A stretch of DNA of 64,000 nucleotides from Balanoglossus misakiensis (Eukaryota; Animalia; Hemichordata): positions 11,422,909 to 11,486,908 of the forward strand of contig CM082580.2 in the NCBI GenBank assembly GCA_040954595.2, given 5' to 3'. Shown here in pieces: positions 52,027-64,000 of this stretch; positions within the stretch are counted from its first letter, which is position 1, and every line of letters begins with the position of its first letter. The translations under genes were made by a program, and so were the position numbers. The notes beneath the pieces were generated by a model. It was not told the origin of the DNA. It saw only the letters and a program-made list of their open reading frames with translations, and made no database searches.

Positions 52027-53809
52027 GATGCCCAAAGCGACAGGAAAAAAAAAACGAATCTTATTGTGAATGGCGAACAAAAACAAACAGCACACGACAA
52101 GGTTAAAATAAATGATTGACATCTGTATATTGTAGCAAAGATCAAATTACCAACAAACATGTAAACCTTATTGAGATATAAAATGCAATTTGTTTTGCAA
52201 AAAGGGTAACTAATCCCAGAAAACAGGAAAAAATACATCCCAACACGGAAATTCAAAATTTTACAAATTCAACATCAAAAAATCCAAAATGGCTACAAAT
52301 TCATTGAGAATAACAAAATTTATAGATACTTCCCTTTATTTCTGAAAATATATAGCATGGCTTTCCCTGTTTTTTTTCCTCTCCAAGTGGCCACACAATT
52401 CAACCAAAACAGGTCAAAAAACGAGATGTTCACATCTTAGAAAACAACCACTGGAATTTCAAACTCTGCATGTAAATCTATCGGAACATAAAAGTGAACA
52501 TTCACATTTGTGTACAAGGCTATTCAAGGCATGCAGTGGTCAAATTTTCTGAGAACAAGTACTGGACATCACCAAAACTTCCGAGTCGGGTACCTAGTGT
52601 TGTTATTTTTTTTAAGTAGGTGTAACCCTACAGTTTAAGCAAAAATGAACTTCATAGGATGGCAGCAGAGACAGTGGGTTTCTGAATGGTTTTTGACTCC
52701 ATCCACAAAACTATATTCTAGAGTATACTGCTGAGCCCACCTGTACTGTCAGGAATATGATTATAAGAAAGTTTCTTGTTCTTAGGGTTGCAAATCTAAA
52801 TAAATTGAAGGAATACGTTTTGTTCATACACTTGTTACTAAACTACAATGTGTCAGTTTTTTTCAATTTTCAAAGAAAGATAGTTTTCGATATAAAGCTT
52901 TGAGCTTATGCAAACAGAACAATTTGATCTGATGATAAACCTGTCTTCTTTTCAATCCTTTTTCCCGTTTTCAAAGTGCAGTGCTTATAGCAAAGACTAA
53001 AAGACAAAAGGCACCACACCATCTCTCAATAGAAACCTTGCCCAGTGAATATTTAACAGAATTTCAGAAATAAGTCATTCTTATAACTGTATACATGCAC
53101 ACATATATACACTCTGAAAAAAAGCTGCCTAAACTTTGAGTCTAATTTTAAACATTTTGTCATCTGGGTTATATGGTTGAAATTTCATTGGATCTTTCTT
53201 TACACGGAGAATGAAAACAATTTCGATTTACAATTTGTTCATTCCTGTAGTACTCATTGGTCTCTTGTTTGTTCTGCTGGTTACCTGTGACATAAAGTGT
53301 AAATTTCCATCAGCTTTTACTCATTTTTCTTAATTTGCTTGCTTTATACACAGAAAATAAAACTTCACATAAAATACATGTTCTGTCCCTTATACCTATA
53401 GCAGATATATTTGACAAACTGTCACATGACAGTCGCAAGTATAGGGCACATTTTTCTAACTAAATACACCTGTTGTATTTCGTAAGATACTGAAATTCTA
53501 AATAAGCATGCAAAGATACATCTATATATCTATGTTTTAAAACTTACAAGAAAATACAGAAAATCAAAAAAGATTCCTCCTTTTCTAAGTAAGATGATAT
53601 CCTGAAACAATATTTACGCTTTTTGCCAATTTAAATTTGTGTAATATTTTTGATGTAACATTTAAAACTCGCAAGATAATATCACAACAATAAAGATATA
53701 CTGATTTCTTCTCTCCATTGGCTAAACAACTCTACATTAAACAAATAATCCAGTCACTGATAAAAGAAAATTTCAGTCATGACCAGGATTCTCTCTTACG
53801 CCTGATTTT

Positions 53810-56800
53810 CTATTTTTTGCTCTTGTCTACTGAACCTCTTGCCATTAGACATGCAAAGACGGTCATCACCATCTTGGGTTTGACTTCCACTAAATCTTCT
53901 GGTAGGGCGTACACGGGAGCGCCGATCTTGCGGGCCATGGAGATGGCGTACTTGGCATTCAAAAACTTGTCCTGCAACAGGGGATGAATAACAGAATAAC
54001 AAAAATCAGTCAGATGTATTTATATTCTGGTCCACTGCATGCATTTCTGATCTACTGCAAGAGCGCCCTCAACATCTCATGTACAGCAATTGTGTCACCT
54101 TGGTTACCATGCAGAATCCATTGTGATTCAAGATGGCGGCTGACCAAAATTGGCCATTTGTAGGATCAGAGTATATGATAAACTCCCATAGCCAGAGCTA
54201 GAAAACCTGTATATTCCAGTTTCTCATTCTTTCATACTTACATTGTCACTACTTGGGTTTTCTCTGAAGTTCTTGTAACTGATAGAATTTGGCTGTATGG
54301 CGTCAATCAAATCTACAACGGCTTTGCTGTCACCGATGCTGTGGTCCTGGAAATTACGAATGCTGGACGTCTTCTTGGCTTGTTTGAGCTGTTCAAAGAG
54401 AAACACAAATCTTTATATCACTGGGCTGGCAATTTTGTATAATGCGAGTGCAGAAATTTTTTAAAACGATCTCAACCACTTCAACACTTTCATACACACA
54501 CACACACACCCACACATGTGCCCATACAAAAAACTATGCCAAACTTACTTTATTGTTGCACCACTCGACTACTTTGTCATCAGTGATGGGCTGATCTGAA
54601 CCAGAGAGTCTCTGGAGAATTCGCAAGGTGTAGGCACGCATCAACTGCCACACAATAGCTGCAATGGAAACAATCCATCAAAAGTTAATGTACATGAAAA
54701 AGCACTGGGTCCCACCATCAAGAAAGCAAAAACACTGCTATGTGAAATGACATATGACCATGTATTCACTCCGTGTTCATCCTCAACGTTTTCTTTGCTT
54801 TTTAAAGGTTGAATACCATAACAACTCTTTTGTGTTTGAAATAACAGTTTGTCTGCAAATTATGAAATCAGTACAAAAAACAAAATGCAAGGACTTACCC
54901 AAGGTAAGAGTCTCAACACCTTCATGGATATCGTTACCACCGATCCCGACCAGAGAGAACTTCATTCTGGAGCCAATGTCGACGCAGTAGTTACAGTTTT
55001 CTAGTTTCTTCATCTTGCCACCGCCAATCTTGGGCCATGGTGGCCTGTTGACTTTGCTCTTGTCAACAATGCCAGGCTGCACATGATCATACAACTGGAA
55101 CAGAATACAAAAGTTGGATCTCTAAAGAGGGAACTGGGGGTGAAGGGGTTAATGGCTGGGGACAAAAATCAAACATGTGCCGTCACCCTTCTGAGGGGTT
55201 GTGGGGGGCACAGAGTGTAGGTACGGCTTAAATTCAGTGTAGAAGACTCACCTGCAAAATGACCAGACCGTCACAAAGATCGTTGTACAGATACTGTACA
55301 TAGGGAGAAACGCCGAGACTGTTCATCCAGTTACGGAACGCTGGAAAGGAAATTAACAAAACTTAAAACCAAAACAAAACATAAAAAAAACATGCTGCGT
55401 ACAACTTTACTTGCCATGCGGTTAGTCGAAGTGGCAATCAGTTGTGGTCAGTCCAACTGTGGTATACTGTACACGCAGTGAGAAAACCTCTGGTGAATTA
55501 ACTTCTATGTCTAAGTATCTGGTAAAAAAAAGTTAGTATATTTATGCGTGAAAACACTGCATTTACTTAGCAGAACTTGGCATAGTAGACCCAACTTGAG
55601 ATGTGCTATATGATAACACAATCAGGTATGTTCAGATTCATCAATGTCTTAATCATTTTATTTAATTCTTTTTTTTTTACAAAATTCTAGCTCATACAGA
55701 CGGAAGGTTCTCGAGTCAGCCCATGGTGAAAGTAAAATTGTTAAAACTTCCCAAACATATTTTAGCTTCTAATAATTATTATACCCATCTAATTAACCCT
55801 CATGATCAGAAAGAGGTTCTCATTATGTCGGGATCACACTCAAACAGCAGTCTTGTTATTTGGAGGTGGGAATTTCTCAATGGAAGGACTTCAGGTCACA
55901 GAGTACTTGCAGTGTACTGAATGTGTGCGCTCACACTTGTGCAAGGACAGAGGGAAGGTGTGCTCACTAAAAGTGGTGTGATGTTAGACTACCACCATAT
56001 GCCTTTTATGGCAAGCAAATTTCACTGCAGTCTTTTAATATCTCCAAGCTTCTACAGGTTATCAAAACTGCGTAAAGAGCAGAAGGTGTTTGATCCCCTC
56101 TTTTTTCCTGTGCAAGTGTCGACTGGACGGCCAAAGCATGGCATATATGCCACTGCTACTTGCGTAAAGATTAGTTAGAACCATAGAGCCACACACACAC
56201 TCATGCTTTGTCAGTGGTACAGGCAGATAGAAGAAATCAATTATCTTCTACGTTTTCCACCTTGCCAGCGTCTTCTCGTGTAAGGGCACAGAAACCAGTG
56301 ACATCATATGTATAGGTGCTCAAGCCATTGCTGACATCATCAAAATTTGCCAGCATCACTGAAGAGAACGTTGCTTGACTACATAGAACTGCACCGCTTT
56401 AACATGGGACACAGGACACTAACTGTATGTACATATCAGAGAATTATAAATTCTCCAGAATGTAAAAATACACACAGTCAGATACCTTCTGCTTCAAAAA
56501 CAAGCAAAACATGCACTTGCTAAAGCTTTCTAATTGTCTAGACTTTGGACTGTATGACAGCTGTATGACGGCTTCTTAAAGTCTATTCTACTGAATGAGG
56601 TATTTATAGAACATGACGATAGAAGTCTTGAAGTTGAGAGAAAGACATTTTTCATTCAGGATGCAACAGTAAGGTTTCCTGTGATCTCCCATTTGGAAAT
56701 TTGGAAATCCTGAAATCCACAACAAAACACAAGGAACATCATCAACACAAAGACAGATTAGACACCTTAATTAGGACAAGGAAGGAACGATGACAAACAG

Positions 56801-59800
56801 AGAAACAAAAGAATGAAAATGCAGAGAGATTCTGGAAGGAAAAAAGTTGTGTTTTAATAGAGCAAATAAATATATATGAATTCTTACAGTTATCTGAAAT
56901 GTAGCTGCATTGATCAAAGTGACAATGGTGTTAGGAAAAAAAAACATCTGCAAGGTTAAGAAAGTCTACGAGGACAGATGAAATGGAATAAAACAGGTCA
57001 GGTAGTGAGAGAAAAGGTGGTTGGGGGAGAAGTGCTAGGATTTGAAAATGAAGGATGTCATCTTATTGATTTTTATTCCAATGTTCCAATATTCATTTCA
57101 TAGCCAAGTTATGCAGTTTGGAACAGCGATTGTACTGAACCTAATGAAACGATGTTCATCTATGTGAATGAGAACAGTCTGAACATGGAATGGCTGATCG
57201 TTTCTTGACAGCTGGAAGTTGCGCTGGGTTTAAAATGTCATGACAAAGGGTAGTGTCACCACAAAGAAAGCTGAGGTGTCTACAACCACCGCATCTACCA
57301 AATAGCCTATCACCAAGTGCCAGATTACAATATAGGACTATCACCACAGAAGAAAAACATTGCACACAGAAAGTTTACATTACTTAGTCGTAAGTATACC
57401 CAACATGAAGATCCCCCTTTAAAGTTTCTTTCCTCTCAAGACAGTACAACAAGCATTGCAGCACTTCACTGGCCATCCCATTAAGTTCTTTTGTTTGTTC
57501 AGGTTTTTTAAAAAAGGGGGTATCATTTATGAGCACCAGTATCATAATAAAAATATACATTATATATTGGGGATATGTGTCAATGATTTGGCATAGTCTG
57601 TGATATCAAAAATCTACTGCACGTGAAATCAAAGATATTGCAACTGCAGTAGTGAAAGTCTATTGTAAAAGTTGCATTGAGTGGCATCATTAATACCAGT
57701 GACATATACTGTCAGTGTCACATTCCTATTTAAACTGATCAAGAAATTGTATTGGCTACCCATCTGTCCGGTTTTGAAAGTTTGCATGTGCCTCGTAAGT
57801 TAGGACGGGATTAGGAGGTGGTGTCGGTTAAAAGGAATTTACAACTGCAAGAAAGAGTTCACAGATTGATATAAACTTTTGCTCTCACTTCAACATAGAT
57901 ATGATTATAAAGACTCAGAGACCTAAGAGAATTCCACTAATGTGGATAGCAGTATGGGTAAGACACTTTATGGCAGGGAGAAAAATTCCCTAAGAATATG
58001 GCATTGGGGAAGACCAGACAAGTGCTGCAATGTAGGAAAACAGGTGCATAACAGTGAGTAAGAACCTTGATATGTCCAAGTAAATGTTAGCAAGAATCTA
58101 AAGCTGTAATGCCATTGAGGTTACCAAGGTAATGTCACAGTGTGATCAAGTTATAAAAATGGTATCAAAAACACTAAACATATTTGCCCTCTATCAACGA
58201 ATTGGGCTTGCACTTCAAGGCACTCGGAAGTTTTAGATTATTTTGTTCAAAGTAAGTTTTTGTTCACCCACAGTGGACTTAATATTTACTATAGACAGGT
58301 TATACAAGAAGCCTTCCTAATATATAAAAAAAACTAACAGTTCATGTTCAGGTTATTTCTCAAAACAAGTTACTTTAAAGATTTTCAAAGTACTGGTATA
58401 TGCAACAGACAAGCAAAATCTCAGTGAAAGAGAAAATTTCTTTTTGTTGGCACATTATCAAGGCAATGCTCAAACTCATCCACATGGTAGATGGTAGTCC
58501 ATTTTTAATAAATGCAATGGACCATTCCAAAATTGTGGGAGCACGGGGAAGACAGGCCTAACCCATGAGGGGATTTTTTAATGGCATTACAGCTTTAGAC
58601 TTGACTTCATCCGATGTCATGTGTCATAAAGACCACTAATATTATTACACAACACATGAGAATGACAAACAAATAAGAGTTTTGGCCAAGAAAAGAGAAC
58701 AAGTCAATTTGTTTTAAAACCGTTTCACCACCACCACAGTTTGGGTAAACCAATTGTTTTGAATACTGAGGGAAATGGGGTGAAAGAGTTTAAGGTACTG
58801 GCTTGATGCCACAGTTTTTTTTTTAACTTTGTGTCTTGAGAAAACATGTGGAGATAGAGATGCAAAGTTTATGGCATGTGGGGAGTACATGTACAACTCT
58901 ACTGATATGGCAAAATTGTGGGTTCTTCTACACAAGACCAGTACCCTGGTGCAAATGACATTCAATACAGAGAAAATAGAAAGACAAGCACCGAAAAACC
59001 ACATGAATATGAATCACAACAGAAAATGTACAACCATATAGCGAATCAAAGAGTGACAGATATAAACAGACCAAACTGAAGACTGAAAAGACCACAGATG
59101 AAAAAGAAGTTAAAGAATACCTCTCTAAGTATACTTGTGTGTTCTATTGCACTCGACATTTCCTCTCTCACAGTATCACGCATACCTTCATGATCATCAT
59201 AGTTTTTGTTCTCTCTCTCTCTCACTGCCATCTGTATATGAGATACATAACACCCAAGCTGACACCGATGAGAATACAAACAAGACACTGTGTGGCAGCT
59301 GCGTCCTGCTCCTTAATATCCTTATACTTGGCCGCGGCTTTGACCGACACTGGCTGTTTAACACGTATCACTTTAGGGAAAGTCTCTGCGGCTGTCACGG
59401 CTGCCGACTGTTTCACCCTCTGCCGTGTGCTTTCCTGTGTCTGCACTAGTGGGGGTGTCACCCTCTCCGGTAACGGCACATCCTGCTTTTCTGTGGCTAC
59501 CTTTTCTGGCTCTTTCTCTACCTTATCCGGACTACCCTGATCTTTGCCGTCTGGGGAGAAATCGGGTTCCTCTTTTGGGTGGTAAGGTGTGATGGGACCT
59601 GTTTGAGAAAAAGTAACGCCTGCAAAATCTTCAAAGGAAAACTGTGTGGGCAGTCGCCGTTTTTTACGTTTTGCTCTGGCATGGCTCTGCCCTGTTTCAG
59701 GTGTAGCCTTCTCCTTTACTTCACTATCTTTATCATGGTCTTTTAGTTTTTCTCTATAAACAACTAACCCACCTCGCTTTTGTACATTTCCTGATGAAGG

Positions 59801-62800
59801 AGTTTCTGCCTCATCTACTTTTTCCTCTGAATTGACCATTTTTGAAGTGCTGGTCTCGCTCACATCATTATTTTTCCCTTCATCAACATATGGCCTTTCC
59901 TCATTTTGTCCAGGACTAATTTCCATCACTTGAGATTCGTGTGCCTTGCTTCTATCACCGTTATCTGCCTTACTCACCATTTCTACTTTGCTATCATTAC
60001 TGTCTCCCAATTCAACTAAATTAGATGAAGGTGCGGGCAGAGAAACCCTGGTTGTCTCTGATCCGTCCGTTTGTTCACTTCCTGTCACTGAAATGTCTCC
60101 CTCAACAAATTCCTGTTGATCAACACTATCTGAGACAGACTCACTCAGATTGGCGGCAGATTCACTTGCAGATTTTTCCTGCACAGATTTATCTGTTTCA
60201 GAGTCTTCTGAAGACTCCAATCTCAAGTCCCGTCCCTCAGAATTACTTGCATCAAACTTCTCTGATTGTAAACCCTGTGTGTTAGGATTGGGGTTGGGGG
60301 TCTGCATTTCTACTCGGCCTTCTGCTGTTTCTGAACCCATTAAATTCTGACCATCAACCTCATCTGTACCTAACTCATCTAAACTTGATGCAGCTGTTCT
60401 GCAGGGAGGGGGAACCTCACCAGCAAGGTCATCATCATCAGTACCGTTTGTATTCCCCACGAAAGCCAGTCTCGCATCTGGTACACACACTCCACCACCG
60501 ATGCCACACTCAATCAAATCACCCTCACCACACTCAGCCACAGACACATCAGGGTTCACTCCGTTTTGTTCTTGCGCACTGCCATCAGCAGCAGTTGCTA
60601 ACTGGCCACCTTGGTTGCCCTCATCACAACCATTTCCCACACCACCACCGTTGGCGGTATTATGCACTTTAATCGGAATGGGCAAGAGCAACCCTGCAGG
60701 TTCACCATCCATGGGGGAAACGCTATCCATTATGTTGGGGAGGTTGTCTGCGGGGGCACTGCCTTCCTTCCCGCGGTCACTGACACCCAAAGTGGGGACC
60801 CGGGCGTCAGGGATTGCATTGCTCGCATCGGGAGAATGAAGCGACAACATCCCGTCATCTGCAAAGATGTCATGCTTCCCATCAAGAGGCGCTGCCAAGT
60901 GTTCGCTATTGATATCTAAAGAATAAGGGTCTTTATACGTACTCTTCTCTTCTCGGGTTTCTTCGAATCTATCGAAGTCTTCATCTTCGCCCTCCTCTGG
61001 TGGTTTCAAGTTGGGATACATGTTGAAGAGGTTGGCCACAAAGGCCATGTTAAGTTTTGGGTTTCCATTCACGATGTCCTGTGTATCAACAACAATAATA
61101 AACAGTTTAACCTCACACAGGGTAGTCTTTATGAATATTATAATACACACACGGGTGACACCTTGTCGAGCAAAGGTTATTCATATATATCTTCAGTGAC
61201 TAGCATAAATATATATAACTAGTGGGGTCAAAGGTTAGTCACACATTCAACAGATTTGGCCATAAAATCAAATATGATTCATTTCTGATTTATGATCACA
61301 TTCACATTCCAACCACTACTTACGGATGCTTGCACAAACTGTCTGCAGCCAATCTTGTCAGCATTATCTAGTACCATTTCAGCCCTACCATGGGGGTCAC
61401 TCTCCTGAAAGGTAACAACACTTTGCAATGATTTCAATACCTGCACACCAATGATGACGAAATTATTAAGCTTCACTTAGTAAATGACAGCACTGTAATG
61501 TTTCTGGGTACAGGTAGATTTAGACTTACGGCCATAGCTGATGTATCAACGCCAGAGCCCTTGGGTGCAATTTGATACAAGAGATAGGTGTAGACTTCAG
61601 AATCCTTGATGTCAGAGCTGAAGTTCTTGATTCGCCTTGGGTGGCCGGCCTGCTCCATCTGGTAATTCACCCAGCGCATCAGCAAGTCTTCAGGAGACAC
61701 CTTGAGAAGCTCTTCCAACTCTTCCCCTTCTTGCAGTAGTCGGAACAGACCAGGATTGTGCTGCAAGTCGATCTTGGCGAACAGGCCAACCTATTTGGAA
61801 AAGTCACAAAATTTCCCCACAATAAGCAGCTAAGAAGTGCAACAACAGACCTTTCTTATCGCCAATGGAGGCTCAAGAAAAAAATCACTTTCACAGATTC
61901 TCCATCAAAACCTACCCTGATGATTTGCCAGAGCAGACCAAGCATCAGATGTTCTGTGCCTCGCATCAAGTCCTCGGGTCCGATATTGACGATGTTGCAG
62001 CCGATGGAACTGGCAGAATTCAGCGCCAAGGTGTGATTTTCATGCTTGAGATACACGTTCAGCTTGCTTCCCTTGTTGATGGCACGTTCGTCGATGGTGT
62101 CAGGAACTGACAAGTTGATGAGTTTGCTACAGAGACAAGAGACAGAGAGAGAGAGAGTGAACAGATTGCTAAGGAAAGAAACTGAATCCCAAATTTTGTA
62201 TTTCAAGGTGGCACAATGCCATATCTGCGAACTATGGCCAATACCACATACAGGCTTCAATGAAACAATACCATCTCTGACAGTACTAACCATAATAAAA
62301 TACCATCACCACCACTTTTGAAAAGTGCATCTGAATTGGGGTCCAGTGGTAATTTCTCCTTCAAGTCTGGGTCGTCTCCAAGATTAGCATTTATGTACTC
62401 TGAAGGAAGGAGCAGAGAGACAAAATGCCACTTAAGTATGAGATCATGGTCTGTAGTACATTACAGAAGAACAGAAAATAAGTGATCTACTGCTGTGTTG
62501 AACCCTAATATTTAATCAGCCAAAGAGCTTATAACCAGCCACAGACAAACAAGTGTCTGTAACACCGGAAAGGATTTTCTTTGAATCACAGGGAATTCTT
62601 TGAATGAATGCCTCGGGCACTCAACAAATATATCTGAACAAAGGTCTTCTTTCATCCAGACTTCCCTGAACTCAAACAAAATGATGTCTGTATTTCAACT
62701 ACAGGTTGAAACTGGGTTTAGCTGGTTCTCGAAATAAGGATGTTTAGTAAACAAATGTGATCACACACCAACAAAGGCAAATCTCTCTTCTTCAGAAACG

Positions 62801-62922
62801 GAATGTGTAGTTCCTTCGCTGGAGGCTTCTGATGTGCCACCCCTAGCTTCAATGCCTTCTTTCTTGGAGAGAGCCTGCTTGAAGGTGCGGGCAACTTCCT
62901 TGGATTTCATGTCTGAATACAT
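53810..62922 (-). CDS. Plastin/fimbrin (actin-bundling, CH1-CH4), 5'-partial; 11 coding exons in the window
   Basis: Exons 62922-62769, 62399-62291, 62126-61916, 61790-61530, 61404-61324, 61078-60943, 55340-55252, 55094-54899, 54658-54549, 54388-54242, 53971-53810 (TAG), all GT-AG with consistent phases. Motifs: [127 protein letters not shown]-hand exons were not found inside the window. Confidence 0.96.
59222..61078 (-). CDS. Putative extended alternative terminal exon of plastin: end of CH2, ~570-aa acidic disordered tail, C-terminal transmembrane helix
   Basis: The reading frame of exon 61078-60943 continues through the donor (A|GTACGT) with no stop until 59222, ending ...[26 protein letters not shown]. 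It is the longest ORF in the window and sits in an otherwise stop-rich intron. Confidence 0.75.
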   Translation of the reverse strand, partial: DIVNGNPKLNMAFVANLFNMYPNLKPPEEGEDEDFDRFEETREEKSTYKDPYSLDINSEHLAAPLDGKHDIFADDGMLSLHSPDASNAIPDARVPTLGVSDRGKEGSAPADNLPNIMDSVSPMDGEPAGLLLPIPIKVHNTANGGGVGNGCDEGNQGGQLATAADGSAQEQNGVNPDVSVAECGEGDLIECGIGGGVCVPDARLAFVGNTNGTDDDDLAGEVPPPCRTAASSLDELGTDEVDGQNLMGSETAEGRVEMQTPNPNPNTQGLQSEKFDASNSEGRDLRLESSEDSETDKSVQEKSASESAANLSESVSDSVDQQEFVEGDISVTGSEQTDGSETTRVSLPAPSSNLVELGDSNDSKVEMVSKADNGDRSKAHESQVMEISPGQNEERPYVDEGKNNDVSETSTSKMVNSEEKVDEAETPSSGNVQKRGGLVVYREKLKDHDKDSEVKEKATPETGQSHARAKRKKRRLPTQFSFEDFAGVTFSQTGPITPYHPKEEPDFSPDGKDQGSPDKVEKEPEKVATEKQDVPLPERVTPPLVQTQESTRQRVKQSAAVTAAETFPKVIRVKQPVSVKAAAKYKDIKEQDAAATQCLVCILIGVSLGVMYLIYRWQ

Positions 62923-64000
62923 CTGTTGGCAGAAGAATGACACTCATTTCTTCAAGTGGATAGAGAAGTTCAATACTATGAACCACATGTACTTTGAAAC
63001 ATGAAGCAATACACTATACAGTGAGCATATCATTTTCCTATGGTGGTGTTGGCCTTGAACTACCTGCCTCCAGGTATGAACCAGTTGCTGAAACATCACA
63101 CTGCTGCATGATTAGAGAGCCACATAAAGAATCTACACAATTTAAATTTTAATGCAGTTGATACACAGTGCATGCCTGAGTCTCCATGAAGATTATTAAT
63201 ACTTATCATGGTGGCGCCACCGACAGTTTTCATATCTCTATTAATTTGTATGCACACCAACTCTCCCTACCGCCCTCCCTACCTCCCCTTCCCTTTCTCT
63301 GGGCTAATGGATTTGCATTTAAAACAGGTTCAACAAATATTGAGAACAAATTATAATCTTTCACTCAAGGCAAATATATAAACCATCTTCTGTATTTTTC
63401 TGTATTCTTTTCGTTTCTGTATACATCCCAGAATATCTTGCCTGGCAATTTACCAGTTTTAAATTTTTGCTTGGAGTATCACATCACATCGCCACTGATA
63501 TGATACGGATACAATTATGGATACCTCAGCAAACAAAACGCACAGTTATGTAGCGTGCGACCGGTAATGGTTTGGTTTCAGGTTATACCCCGGGCGGGAC
63601 TGGCATCGGAGGTCAGCAAGGGGCCAGAAAAAGAGACCCAGCAAGGCCTTCTCAGATCCCCGGTGGAACTCCCCTCAAGTGACATGTAAATATTTTACTC
63701 AGTAACGCAACACCTCGCTGCAGTTCAGTGGTAAATAATGCGACAGACTTCAATTCTTTGGCAGATAATGCAGGGACATGGGGTCAATTAGCGGCAGTGT
63801 TCTCTTGCAGTTCTCTCTCGTATCATGTGTGCCATGAGACTAGGGTAAGATGTAGGTCAGAGGGCAGTTGATTAAACTAAACCCAAAGTGCCGATGCAAT
63901 GTTAATAAGTACTTCATTATATCCCCTGGTCAAGATCTTTCAGGTACCAGATTATAACACTAGCAATACTGCCCATGTTTTCTGTTTTCCGAGCAACAAT

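Noticed and set aside
61079-61150. N-terminal [24 protein letters not shown] of the 642-aa ORF as a signal peptide of a stand-alone gene
   Set aside because: This is plastin intron sequence upstream of the AG acceptor at 61079-61080, so the ORF is best read as a plastin exon plus extension.
63540-63850. Candidate plastin EF-hand exons
   Set aside because: The minus-strand frames I read show no EF-hand loop consensus; those exons probably lie beyond 64000.

Overview
Eukaryotic, intron-containing DNA from a non-vertebrate animal. Gene content and mosaic CpG depletion would fit an invertebrate deuterostome, but this is inference. By hand-splicing GT-AG exons with consistent phases I reconstruct: TKFC/DAK (17 coding exons, minus strand), a tRNA-Thr(CGT), a Fer2/PTF1b-type bHLH gene, two tandem 5-HT1-like GPCRs with intronless coding regions, a small NMES1/C15orf48 (NDUFA4-family) gene only fragmentarily visible in the ORF track, a six-exon gene joining a Q/P/Y-rich low-complexity region to a CS (p23-like) domain, and the 3' part of a plastin/fimbrin gene (minus strand; EF-hand exons lie beyond the window). 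Also present are a TTAA-flanked MITE, a decayed SINE and microsatellites. The most striking feature is in plastin: the exon ending actin-binding domain 1 stays open for about 570 further codons into a 5.6 kb intron and ends in a hydrophobic C-terminal helix. This predicts an alternative, tail-anchored membrane isoform with a single actin-binding domain. All calls are by eye, with no database searches.
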